The notes beneath the pieces are model-generated. The model was not told the DNA's origin and searched no databases. It saw only the letters and a list, made by a program, of their open reading frames with translations. The position numbers and the translations under genes were made by a program. From Vicugna vicugna (Eukaryota), in assembly GCA_013265495.1 (NCBI GenBank), contig MU058781.1:4961050-5025049 (forward strand): 64,000 nucleotides of DNA, read 5' to 3'. Below, piece after piece: positions 25,590-37,271 of the stretch. Each line of letters opens with the position of its first letter. Position 1 is the first letter of the stretch.

Positions 25590-25970
25590 ATACAGTGGAA
25601 AGAGATAGGCTTTGGAATAATGGCCACGTTTGCTTGGCATCTATGCTCTGAAAAGCTGCATTAAGTCTCTGGGCCTCCGTTTCGTTGTCTGGTAAGTGGT
25701 AGCTGCAGTGCCTTACAGGCTGGTGGCTCTACCCAGTGGTTCTCCGACCTGGGTGTGCAGGAAACCACCGGGAGGACTTGTTAAAAACACAGCTTGTTGG
25801 ATCCCACTCCCGGAGTTTTTCATTCAGTGAGTCTGAGAATTTGCATTTGTAAGTTCCTAGGTGATCTGATGCTGCTGGTTAGAGAATCACCTTCTGATAG
25901 CCACTGCTCTGGTGACCCCTGGACTAAATGCTACATGTGATTTAAAGCACCTGTCCTTTAATAAATGCTA
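25590..25970 (+). mobile_element. MIR SINE interrupted by MER5A
   Basis: 'gtggaaagagataggctttgga...ttaagtctctgggcctccgtttcgttgtctggtaagtgg' before the MER5A and 'actaaatgctacatgtg...aaagcacctg...taataaatgcta' after it. Confidence 0.55.
25734..25906. mobile_element. MER5A hAT-Charlie MITE
   Basis: cagtggttctc ... cttgttaaaaacacag ... tgagaatttgcattt ... ggtgatctgatgctgctgg ... ccactg. Confidence 0.85.
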
Positions 25971-28623
25971 AATACCCATTCTCTGCCGAGTTGCTTTGGG
26001 AGTGGACAGAGGTGATCCCTGCGGTGTTAAGAATTCTGGGGCCTTTGGTCTTTAGCTGTTAGATGTAGTTCTGCTCCTCCTGAAGGGCTTGGTCTCACAG
26101 GACTGTTAACCCTTAATCTAGGAATGTAGAAACTGTGTCTCCCCGTGTCTCCACTTGATAGTTTGCGTGACCCCGTTAGGTAAGAATTTAAATGAGTTGA
26201 GTTGATTTTTCTCTTTGGTGAGCTGTGATCATTTTAGGTTCTCCTTTGAACAGACCTTTCCCCAGACCCACGGGTGAAGCGTGGCTCCAATTTACTGATG
26301 TCTGCCCTACTCTTTCCTTCATAGATGTTGAGGTCGGGCCTTGGCCGATCTTCCCCTGCCTACTTGAGACAGACGATGTCTTTTTCTTTATATGCCCCCA
26401 AATGTTTCCTTCCTCAGCTTGCTCATCTGCCTTGTGCAGAAACAGAACAGTGATGTCTTTCCTTCCCTTGCGGTTTATTTGAAATTATTTATAGATTGGC
26501 TGCACGCCGCCTTCTCCCCACCCCCAACCTTTTTTTTGCCCCCGGGGTGTAATTTTACTTTAGGTAGTTGCTTATGTGCAGTATGTCCTCCCAAAGGCAT
26601 AGGTGTTTTCCTGCTATGAACAACTCACCGTAGCAGGCAGTGTGATTTAACCTCAGACCGCCTTTGCAGGGGAGCATCGCAGGCTGGCTTCCGTTTCCTA
26701 TGTGTAGGCTTCTTCCCAGCTCCTTGTAGGGTGCAGTAGGCGACACTCTCTTTGGGCAGGTAGATACACCCATAGCGGTTGCACAGACATAGGTCTGGGG
26801 ATGCTTCCTACTATGCTTTCTGGGCTGCACAGAGGAAAATTTGGAAACAGTACTATGTCCGTGTGAGTTATTTCTCCTTTTGTTTTGTACTTGATGTTCA
26901 GGGATGGCATTCTGGCTGACAGGCTGTGCAGTATCATCACATCCCTGTTCAGGTTCTACCAGCCTTTCCCCCAGGGCCCTTCCAGGGAGTATGTGTGAAT
27001 GTGGGCGTGGCAGGGTGGGGTGGGGGCGGGAATAGGTACCTGTGCACCAGCGCACCCCATTCTTTCCCGAATTTCACACGTTTCAGCTTGCATAGGATTT
27101 AATTTAATTTATACCCAGCGGGGGAATCTACCCATAAAACACACACACCTCTATCAGTCTGTCTCCACCTTTCACTGTGTGCCCGACAGTTTCTGTGTTT
27201 TACAAAAGCAAGTCGTGTTTTAGACCAGAGACAGAGAGACGGCTCTAAATGACACTGTGGCTGTCCCTTGGTGCACAAGATTCATGCTGCTCGTCACGTT
27301 TACTGTGAAGGGCAATTTCACATACTCATCACTGTTTTCTCAGTGGCTTATGTTTTAAGATGAAATTTATTGTATTTTTAGGCTGTGGGTTTCTTTTTTG
27401 GGGGTGGGGGGGTGTCTCCCGGAGGATGTTGCACAGAGATGGGGACGAAGCCAGTTCCCTCAAGGAGATGATGGGGAGAGAGAGTGTCACATAATTCTGC
27501 AAGGGCAAGTAGGGTGAGTTCTTATTTGTGTTTATTTTAACCGCTGTCAAGAGTGGGTGGGAATGCATTGGTTTATGATTGCCATGACAGCAGATCCCGT
27601 GCCCCATGCCCCTCCCCACAACAGGAAATGAACCCATTCATTTATCCAAGCGTCTCAAAATTCTGTTATGTGAATTCCGTGGACTGTTAATTCAGGTATT
27701 CTAACAGAATGTTGTTGTGTGTTCTCTAAGAGTTTTCAGCAGTGGCTTCATCCTGTCTGAGTTGCCAAATGCTCTTCCTGAGGCACTGTTTCCTCATCTG
27801 TCAGAGGGAGATGAGAAGATGGACGATGCACAGTAGAACAAGGTTTCTCAGCTTTCTGTGTCTGGGGCCTGAAAAGAGCCTTTCTGTGCTAGAACTTTTC
27901 TTTGATCTGTTTTAATAATTGCAGATTTTTTCTTTTTACTTCATAAATAGGTTTGGGCTTATTTTTAATAGGAAAATGCTCTAAGTTACCACTGAGATAA
28001 ATGTTTACTTTTGGCTTTTTTATTTTTATGGAGGTATAGTTGGTTTACAATGTTATGTTAGTTTCTAGTGTACAGCATAGTGATTCAGTTATATACAAAT
28101 ACATATATACATACACACATACTTTGCATATACCCGTTCCTTTTCATATTCTTTTTCATTATAGGCTATTACAAAATATTGAATATAGTTCCCTGTGCTA
28201 TACAGTAGGACCTTGTTGTTTTGTATATGTTAGTTTGTAGCTGCTAATCCTAAACTCCTAATCTCCACCCCACCCCCACCCCGCCTTTTCCCCTTTGGTA
28301 ACCTTAAGTTTGTTTTCTAAGTCTGTGAGTCTTTTTCTGTTTTGTAAATAAGTTCATTTGTGTTATATTTTATATTCCATATATAAGTGATATATGATAT
28401 TTGTCTTTCTCTGTCTGACTTGTTTAGTATGATAATCTCTAGGTCCATCGACGTTGCTGCAGGTGGCATTATTTCATTCTTTTTCATGACCAAGTAGTAT
28501 TCCATTGTACAAATACACCACATCTTCTTTATCTAGTCATCTGTCGATGGACATTTAGGTTGTTTCCATGTCTTGGCTGCTATGAATATTGGGGTGTGTG
28601 TATCTTTTCAAATTAGAGTTTTT

Positions 28624-28672
28624 TTAAACATTTGTTATTGATTTATAATCATTTTACAATGTTGTGTCAATG
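28624..28672 (-). mobile_element. Extremely 5'-truncated L1 3' end (about 50 nt) with TSD
   Basis: 'ttaaacatttgttattgatttataatcattttacaatgttgtgtcaatg' flanked by aattagagttttt at 28611-28623 and 28673-28685. Confidence 0.65.
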
Positions 28673-28816
28673 AATTAGAGTTTTTCTCCAGATACATGCC
28701 CAGAAGTGGAATTGCTGGATCATATAGTAAGTCTGTTTTTACTCTTTTGAGTAATACTGTTTTCCATAGTGGTTGCACCAACTTACATTCCCAGCAGCAG
28801 TGTAGGAGGGGGTCCC

Positions 28817-29350
28817 TGTTGGGGGACACATGGAGGGCCAGTGTCCTAGGTGGTAAAAAGAATTTACCAGAAACCAAGAGAAGTTTAAGAACAAAGGAGA
28901 GTTGAATAGGTATGGTGCTACAGGCAACAGTGGGCCACACAGACAAGAGATGCCTGCATGTCCTCCAAGTGTGAACATGCAGGATCTTTTATTGAGGAAG
29001 CGGCTGTGAATGCAAAGGGACAGGAGAACTGATTTTTGATTGGCTGTAAGTGAGGTAGGAGGTTTGGTACATGGGAGGATAGTGGATTTTCAGCTCCAGT
29101 AAGATGGAGACCTGTGCTGACACAAGCAATGTAATGGAATTTTTGATTCTGATAAGGAGGAGACACGGGCTGAGACAGGTCAGCCTGAGCTACGGTGAGG
29201 CTGGCCGTTTCCCAGGGCTGTTCATTCTGCTAAGGCAAACACCCATCAGGAGTTTGTTTTCCATAGAAGGGCAGGTGGATGCCTAAGAGCTCGAAGTTTG
29301 GGGGCCACTGGGCCTAGGCAGGCACCAGCTGGCACTGCAGTCTCCTGCCT
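28817..29350 (-). mobile_element. Probable ERV solo LTR inserted in L1
   Basis: L1 is broken at 'gtaggagggggtccc|' and resumes at about 'ccataccccctccagcac'; insert starts TGTTGGGGG (minus-strand end CCCCCAACA); minus-strand AATAAA at 28988-28993. Confidence 0.55.
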
Positions 29351-29837
29351 CCATACCCCCTCCAGCACTTGGTGTCTGTCGACATTTTCATGGTGGACAT
29401 TCTACCAGTGTTAGGTGACACCTCATTGTGGTTTTGATTTCCATTTCTCTGATAATTAGTGATACCTAGCATCTTTTCATGTGCCTATTGGACATCTGTA
29501 TGTCTTTGTTTTGTTTGTTTGGGTTGTTTGGTGTTTTTGTTGTTGTTGGGTTGTGTATATTTTGGAAATTAATCTCTCGTTGGTTGTATCGTTTGCAGAT
29601 TCTTCCTCCTCGTCAGTAGGTTTTTTTCCTTTTGTTTGTGGTTTCCTTTGCGGTGCAAAAGCTTATAAGTTTGATTAGATCCCATTTGTTTATTCTTGCT
29701 TTTATTTCTATTTCCTTGAGAGACTGACCTAGGAAGACATTGTTATGATTTATGTCAGGGACTGTTTTCTGGCTAGTTTATGTTAAATTTCCTGGAGGTT
29801 AAGTCACCACCTTCCCCACCCCCCACCCCTCTCCCGG

Positions 29838-30116
29838 CTTTATTGACGTTTAATTGACATGTAACGGTGTAAAGTTTAAGATGTCCAACCTACTGATTTA
29901 GTGTATGCATATTTTATGAATTGATAAGCACTGTAAGGTTAGTTAACACGTCTGTCACCTCGTATACTTTTGTTTTTGTACTAAATAACTTTTAAGGTTT
30001 ACTTTCTTAGCAACTTTCAGGTATACAGTATAGTATTGTTAACTATAGGCACCATGCTCTGTATTAGGTTCCCAGAACTTACTCATGTTATAACTGGAAG
30101 TTTTTACCTTGACCAC

Positions 30117-30158
<42 letters not shown>

Positions 30159-30319
30159 NNNNNNNNNNNNNNNNNNNNNNNNNNNNNNNNNNNNNNNNNN
30201 NNNNNNNNNNNNNNNNNNNNNNNNNNNNNNNNNNNNNNNNNNNNNNNNNNNNNNNNNNNNNNNNNNNNNNNNNNNNNNNNNNNNNNNNNNNNNNNNNNNN
30301 NNNNNNNNNNNNNNNNNNN

Positions 30320-30367
<48 letters not shown>

Positions 30368-30810
30368 TTTTGTTTTTTATATTCCACATGTAAGCGAGAT
30401 CACACAGCATTTGTCTCTCTGTCTGACTTAGCAGGATGCCCTCAGTGACCATCCATGTTGTCATAAGTGGCAGGATTTCCTATTTTAATGGCTAAACAAT
30501 ATTCCATTTATATGTTCATACCACGTTTTCTTTATCCCTTCATCTCTCCACAGACCCTTAGTTTGTTTCCGTATGTTGGCTGTTACTGTAAATAATCCTG
30601 TAGTGAACACGGGGTGCAGATAGCTCTTTGAGATAGTGATGTCATTTCCTTCAGCTAAACCCCAGGGGCGGAATTGCTGGATCATACGGTAGTTCTGTTT
30701 TTAGTTCCTTGAGGAACCTCCGTACTGTTCTCCATGGGGGCTGCACCAGTTTCCACTCCCAGCAGCCACGCACGAGGGCTCCCTTTCCTCCACATCCTAT
30801 CCAGCACGTG
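29838..30810 (-). mobile_element. Older L1 (L1MA/L1MB-like) 3' end
   Basis: 'tttattgacgtttaattgacatgtaac...ttagcaactttcaggtatacagtatagtattgttaactat' and ORF2-like peptide '[31 protein letters not shown]'. Confidence 0.85.
30119..30364 (+). repeat. (CA)n microsatellite spanning an assembly gap (N 30159-30319)
   Basis: CA runs on both sides of 161 N. Confidence 0.95.
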
Positions 30811-33800
30811 TCTTTCTCATGCAATTGTTTCCTGTACCGTGTTTGTGTTCTGTGTTTTCGCATTCAGTTAAAGGTGTTCAGTTCGTGGAAGAACTGAAGA
30901 GTCTGGTGGGCTTTCCTCCCCTGAGATGGAGTTTGATTCCTCCTGGCACGGGTGTCTGCCTTGGGCCCTTGGGCCGGTGGGAGCTCTGAATGGACCAGCC
31001 CAGCCCCCCAGGACCGCTGGAGTCCAGTTGCTCGCCATGCCCTTGCTCTCCAACTGGGTGGTTTTACTGTTTTATTGTTGAGCTAATCAGCAAAGAAGCT
31101 CAGGGGTGTGAGGTTGTCTTTGTAGTTGTTTGCTATGAGAAGGAGGAGGTCAGGAAGGAATAAATTGTACCCTTCTTTCTGACAAGTTTTCTCCTGGTGA
31201 ACGATTGGTTCCCAAGCCTAATTCTGTCCCAGAGTGAAGTTGTTTCAGGGGCTGGCAGGGCTCCCCTGTGTAGCCCAGGCCCTGTTGTATTGTCCTGCTG
31301 TGACTAGATAAGGCTGCACGTCTAGAAACAAAGCCAGGCATCCCTGGTCAGTCCCCGGGTCCCTTTCCGTCCAGCTCGTCACCACTCGGAATCTGCCCTC
31401 AGTTTCTCTTTCAAGGACACTCTTGCTTGTGGTCACATATGGGGGGCTCCCCTTGGCGTAGTTAGTAGTTACTGGGTCTACCCTTTTCCTCTCCTTTGTG
31501 GAATTGGAGTGGAATGAGAGACAGGATGGGTATTCTGAGTTTTCTGATTTGGATTTTCCTTTCTGAGTTGTCCTTGCCTTAGTCTTCTGTGAAATGCATC
31601 TGCGATTTTCATAGCAAGTTGATCATAGCTCACTGAGTATTTTCATTATACGATTCCCAGCTCAAGTCTGTTGATGTGTTTAGCATCCTAGAACTGAGAG
31701 ACCATGGCATTCTAGAGCAGGGAAGTCTGACTTACCTAGTGGCACCAGCAGCTTCAAGGGCACATCCTGTTCCTACCTGTAGTACTGATTCATGTAACAC
31801 GAATTCATGTAACAGAAGAAAAGAAAACAAACAGTAATTTGGGGCTTGGGGGGGGCGCTCTGTGACTTTGGCTGCTGTATTCTGTATCTCAGATGAAATG
31901 TCCATTTCGATTTACTGGATAAAATCTGGGATTCCTGAAATTCCTAAAGTCAGAGACCAAAGATAGATGAACTTGAGGAAGAGTGCAGTTGAAGGAATAA
32001 ACTGAGGAAGTGAGTAATCATCTGCAAACCGGTAGTTAGCTAGGGTCAACTTCTGGGGGTGTTTTCTGGGTGTGAAGTTGTTCTCACTGATCTCTGAGGG
32101 TGGTTTGGAATGAGTGAGGCGTGAGGGTAGGAAGCCTTAAGTGTCCAGCTGGAAGTGTTCTCCTACAGGCTTATTTACAAATTGCAGGAGGTGGGGCCTC
32201 GCGACCCTTCCCAGGGCTGATGGATGACTGGGAGCGTGGTGTTTGGCATCGTATTGACACAGTGGAAGACAGATGCCTCTTTGATCAAAGGGAGACCATT
32301 AGGGCATGTTTAGGCTGGTAGAACTGAAGAGACTCCTTCTGAAGAGAGTACTTTCGTACCTCCTGGCCCCCCACGGCCTGCCACCCACATCTCCGTGAGC
32401 AGGATTTGGATTTGGCCACTCTGCCGCCCTGGCGTTTTGCTGAAGCCAGCTGCTAGGAAGCGTGCACTGAAGCAGCTTGTTTCTTTGAGTTAATCAGCGG
32501 CTTGCAGAGAAGAGAAGGATGTCGTTTGTTGCCATGATGCCTCAGCAGCGTGTCATGGATTCTGACCACTTGAGAAGATGTGACAGTTTTTCTCTCTCCT
32601 GCCCCCTCCTTCACATGGTCCCTGCCTGCCCCCTCCCCCTGAAATGCACCTTGGGGTTCTGCTTTCTCTCCAGAGGTGGCTTGTCTGGTGGTGCTGGTGC
32701 AGCATAGCCAAGAAAGGACCATGTGGCAAGTCCCCTTGACCGAGTGTCACAGCCCTCAGTTGAAGGGGCTGCTTCTGCTTTTGGCTGGGAAGTGGAATGG
32801 GAGGGACTGGGACCGCGGGGAAATGACACTCCCACTGATGGGAAGCATCACAAAAATGGATTATGCCTGGTATGGGAGGACCCATTGAAGCTAGATTTGC
32901 GTTGGGGTTTAAAAAAAATAAGATTTTGGGAAGTTGGTCACTTTTTAAACTCGTAGCTCATAAATTTATGTAATAATAATAATAATAGTTTTTATTATTG
33001 GAGGTTTCCATCTGTTGAATATTCCCTCTCCTCCCATTTTCACATTTTATTAGGATCATGTAGAACTTTTGGATTCTCTCCCACTTCTTTCCCTCTTGTC
33101 TTTTCGTTCTCTGTCCTTCCCTTCGGTACCACCGTATGGAGAAGATGAGTAGAGCCGGGCAGTACTGAGGCTTTGTGACAGCTTCCAGGACAGATCTGTG
33201 GCTGTGGCCTTCCTTGGAGGGTATAAGCTGCGCTGACAAGGCTGACCTGTGGCTTCTTGGTTTCCTGTTTATAGACAGGAGTAGTGGGCGGGAGCAGGAG
33301 GGATTAATGAGGGACTTAATTGAACAGGAAGTCTTTCGGTCCTTCAGAGTTGCTGAAGTGATGCCTGCAGCTTGGGTGTTTATCCTGAGCCCTGCCTGAG
33401 AGGTTGGACTTTCCTCTGCTCATTCCCTGGAACTAACTGGGGATCAGAACTTCGTCAGGGCATTTGAATGTTCAAGAGAAGGGGGATAACTAGTCGTTGA
33501 CAGCTCTGGGTGAATTCGGGGGGGGGGCTTGTTTGGATTTCTCTTTACTCCCAGTCTCACCCCTGGGGGTTTCTGCTACTGGCCTTAATCAAATCCTTTG
33601 AAAGTCCTTTGAGCTATTTTTATAGCATCACAGCAAATACAAACGTAGTATCTCTGGAAAGGTGTGGTAAGTCACGCGTCTCATTAGCAGCAGGGGTCTT
33701 TTTGTTGTTGGTTAAATGGCTGTAAGATATTGGACGACAGCACCCCTTGTGAGTCGGGGCTGACTCTCCCCTCATGGAGAGATGCTCATTTTGTGTCAGG

Positions 33801-36800
33801 TATTTTCACCAGACCCCTGTGAGGGTTCGTTTGAGCCATACACAGCTATGGTGGTCATGTGTGTCCTGCAGAGGTTCGGCAAGTCTCTGCTTGTCATCTG
33901 CTGCCGCTCACAGACAGGGCCCCTTTCCACTCAGTGCTTGTCCCTGACATCAGGTCGGGGGCCTGTGGGTTCATATCCTGAAGACATGAGGGGGGCTTTT
34001 TTTTTATCCTGGGGAGGGGCATCTTAGATCCCAGGAGGATACTAAGAATGTAAATGAGAGTATCGTGCCTGGGTTGGAAGGGGTGAGTTGGCCCCCATTA
34101 CCCTGGCTGGTCTGGTTTAAGAGGCCACTTGGTTTGGTTTGATTCCGTGATGCCATGTGGGAAGATGTTTCCGCTCCCTGCCTGACAAATGGTTACCTTG
34201 TGCAGCCCTGAACATTGGTAGAAATTCAGCGTTGCTCGAGGGTATCCTAGGCAGTGTTCAAAGGGAAGGTGATTTCTGTGCCACGGCTCCCTTTTGCCTG
34301 CTTATGAATTGGTACCATTTCCTTGGTTTTTATTTACATTTCTGTGCCAGGGTTGTGTCTGCTGGATCCGTCAGGGCAGCCTCTGAGCCTGACCCGAGTC
34401 ACGGAGCCTGGGATGCTGTGTCAGCTCCTGTTTTCCTTTGAGAGACGGTGCCTTTACTCCAGGATCTCAAAGCAAAAACAGTAACAAGGAGAATAATTGC
34501 TCTTCGTATATTTGTTAGTGATTAGCAGATTCTTGCATTAGGATCATGTTTTCTCACCTTTAGGCAGTTGTCATGAATACCTAGACCTCTTGTAAGCATT
34601 CAGGAAGAGACAATGTGTGGATTGTTGTGCACCCTTTTCTTACAGAACAGAGCCCCAGTGTGAGTACTCTGGACTCTGGTATGAAGAAAGTGTATTAGAA
34701 CCATGGTGGGTTGCTGTAGTTTTGCCTTTTCTTACTTTCCTGGGTGATAAAATTCACTTTGGCAGGGTTGTGGTGAGGAATGTATTTGAGAAGACAGTCC
34801 AGTGGATTTTAGCCCTGCGTACGTTTCCAGTATATAAAATGTTGGATTGTGATTTGCTTTATATTTTCCGTACAAGCAAGGAACTTGAATTGTGAGTTGT
34901 TGGGTGAAAGGGTAGTGCTAACATCGTTCACCTACTACTTTCCGTAAGCAGTGGTTGGATTTTTAGCTGGTGCCAGGTTTTAGCACAGGTCCTAAGAATT
35001 GGTTAATGCCCAGGCTTGTCATAAACCCGTGAAAGTCAGAATTATTTATTCCCTTTCCTCTTGAGGGGTGATCCCAGAGCTGGTGTCCCAAGACTCTCTA
35101 CTGCCATCTATTGGTGCTTGTTGGTTACTTCATGGGATTTCCAGTGGGCGGGGAAATTGTCCAGAATCCCTTTTCTATTTGCTATCCTTTAAATAAAGCA
35201 GGTCCCTGTTAGCAGCCTTACTGTCCAAGAGATAGAGGATGTGAGAAGCTAAACGAAGTGTATTCCGAATCTTTCACGGACTAGTTGGTGCTCTGAGCGC
35301 TGCCTTTATGCTGTGGTCTGTCACATGATGATGGACTTCAGAATCTGCCTGCCCGCCTGCCCGCCCGCCCCCACTGTGCCCCCATCTCCATGGAGAACGT
35401 TTCTAGTGTGAAGTTTCTCCGGGACTGAGTTTTCAGTTACACTGCTAGGGTTCTGCTGGATTTTTTATTTTAAATGAATGCTCTGTGTAGCATTGCAGGG
35501 TGAATTTCTTTGTGTGTTTTTCTTTTCTCTTTCAGAGAACAATGTAAAACATGATCCCTGCCTCACAGAGTCACACGCCCCCCCTTCCCAGCCATCATCT
35601 TTTTGCCAGGATTCGAGGAGTTTTCTGGCAGTTTGCAACCGAATATTGAGTAACCTAAAATAGAGAAGCTGCTGGGGTTTTTGTTCAAATAGTATTTTAA
35701 AAACAAAGTTGGCAACCCCACCTCATGAGAGATTCAAAAGGCAGATCAACACTTCCACAGCCTCTTTGAGGCTTCTACAGCAGAGTGTACTTTAGATCAT
35801 TTGTTCACACCTTGTAACTACAAGAATGTATTAGGAATTTCTTTGGCCGGATCCTGACTACATTAAGATTTTTAACTTCCATGTGTTGTTGTTCTGACTT
35901 GTCTTACCCTTTTCTTATTTTTGAGATAAGACACAGTTTTTGCTCAAGACTATCCTGAGCCCAAAAGTCCTTTGCAGCTCCTCGACCCTGGTTTGGAGAG
36001 GGTTGTGCTGCATGGTGGGGGAGGGGGCGGCCAACCCGGCGGCTTTCCATTGGTGGTAAACTGTAACACGTGTGACACTGGGGACTGACAGGGCAAAAGG
36101 GCTTTGTTGCTGCTTTAATTGTTGATTAATGATGATCCCTCTCAAGTTTGACATGGTTGCTTTCTAGAACACAAAAGAAGTCAGTGTCAGCTATTTCCTT
36201 GATCATGACAGCGTCAGGATTTCCAGGCAGCCTTGGTTCTTTGACATTTCAGGATGCTGCGTCAGACTTTAAAAAAAAAAAAACCATCCTTGTACCATTG
36301 TATTAATGAAATCAAAGTGATTTCACAGTTTGTGGGGACTCTCACCACCGGCCTGAGGTGTGTGTGCCCAAGTGATGCTTTCCTTGGGAAGGTGCTGCAG
36401 ATAGTGTGTAGACATTTAGTGCTTCTGAGAGTCTCCTTCCTCTCCCCTCGACCCTTTCCCCCTGAATTAAAGACAAGGAGAAGGCTCGCCTGTCTCTGTG
36501 ATGCCTGCTTTCCGTGGGAGCTCAGTGTCTGGGAGCAGTTGGAACACCCTCTGAGGTGGTGGTGACGTCGGGTTCGTGGTGCCTGCCTCCTCCTGGCCTT
36601 GGAGTTTGGTGGGCAGAGCTCGTGAATGTCTTCAGCCTTCCCTCCTAAGGATGTCTCGGGCTCTGAAGGAACTTCATCTGTTTTCCTGTGGTGAATTGAC
36701 TCCTAACTGGAAGGGTTAGGTCTCAAGGAAGCAGAGTGTAGATAGGATTGTTGTTAGTATTTAAGAGGAACTGAGGAACAACTTTTGGAACTGTGTTAAA

Positions 36801-37191
36801 ACATTTGTATTTAAAATTTTTTTTCCTACCCCTACCTTCTAAAGTGGAAGGCGGTATACCTATCTCAGAATCTAAAAGCTGTCATGTTTGCTGATCAGTC
36901 TGACAACGTGTAGTGAGGAAGTAGGCACGAGGAATCTTCAACACAGGCATTTTGGAGATGCAGGTTTTTATTTCCCACCTGGCAAAGCAAAAGATGAGTA
37001 CGTGTCATCAAGAATAATGAAATCATAGATGCAAGAGGAGCTGTTACGGGAGTTACTGTATTCAGGTTTCATAGAGGAGGTCAGAGAAGATGGGGGCTAG
37101 AAGGAGCCTTAGTTTTTTCCTTTTCATAGGCCTCCCATCCCCTTCCCCCTCAAAAAAAAAAAAAAAAACAAAACCCAAAAAAAAACAGAAA

Positions 37192-37271
37192 NNNNNNNNN
37201 NNNNNNNNNNNNNNNNNNNNNNNNNNNNNNNNNNNNNNNNNNNNNNNNNNNNNNNNNNNNNNNNNNNNNNN
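37192..37271. other. Assembly gap (80 N) flanked by C- and A-homopolymer-rich sequence
   Basis: Seen directly. Confidence 0.98.

Larger units (their letters stand above)
28015..29770 (-). mobile_element. L1 LINE 3' portion (3' UTR plus ORF2 C-terminus), interrupted by two later insertions
   Basis: Antisense L1 3' end 'tatagttggtttacaatgttatgttagtttctagtgtacagcatagtgattcag'; ORF2-like peptides 'MWCICTMEYY...MDLEIIIL' and '[14 protein letters not shown]...[11 protein letters not shown]' in the ORF track. Confidence 0.9.

Noticed and set aside
28317..28946. Functional L1 ORF2
   Set aside because: Only short frameshifted C-terminal remnants, 5'-truncated and interrupted by insertions
30036..30464. 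His-Thr / Val-Cys repeat proteins
   Set aside because: Translations of the (CA)n microsatellite and N gap
31788..31814. Short tandem duplications (attcatgtaaca x2; also ttcagattcc x2 near 41115, ttggtttaa x2 near 40439)
   Set aside because: Ordinary slippage-type micro-duplications without functional context
35505..35540. Strong polypyrimidine tract + AG (also near 285-310) as a cryptic exon acceptor
   Set aside because: No convincing paired donor or JARID2-like coding frame found; such tracts are frequent in long introns
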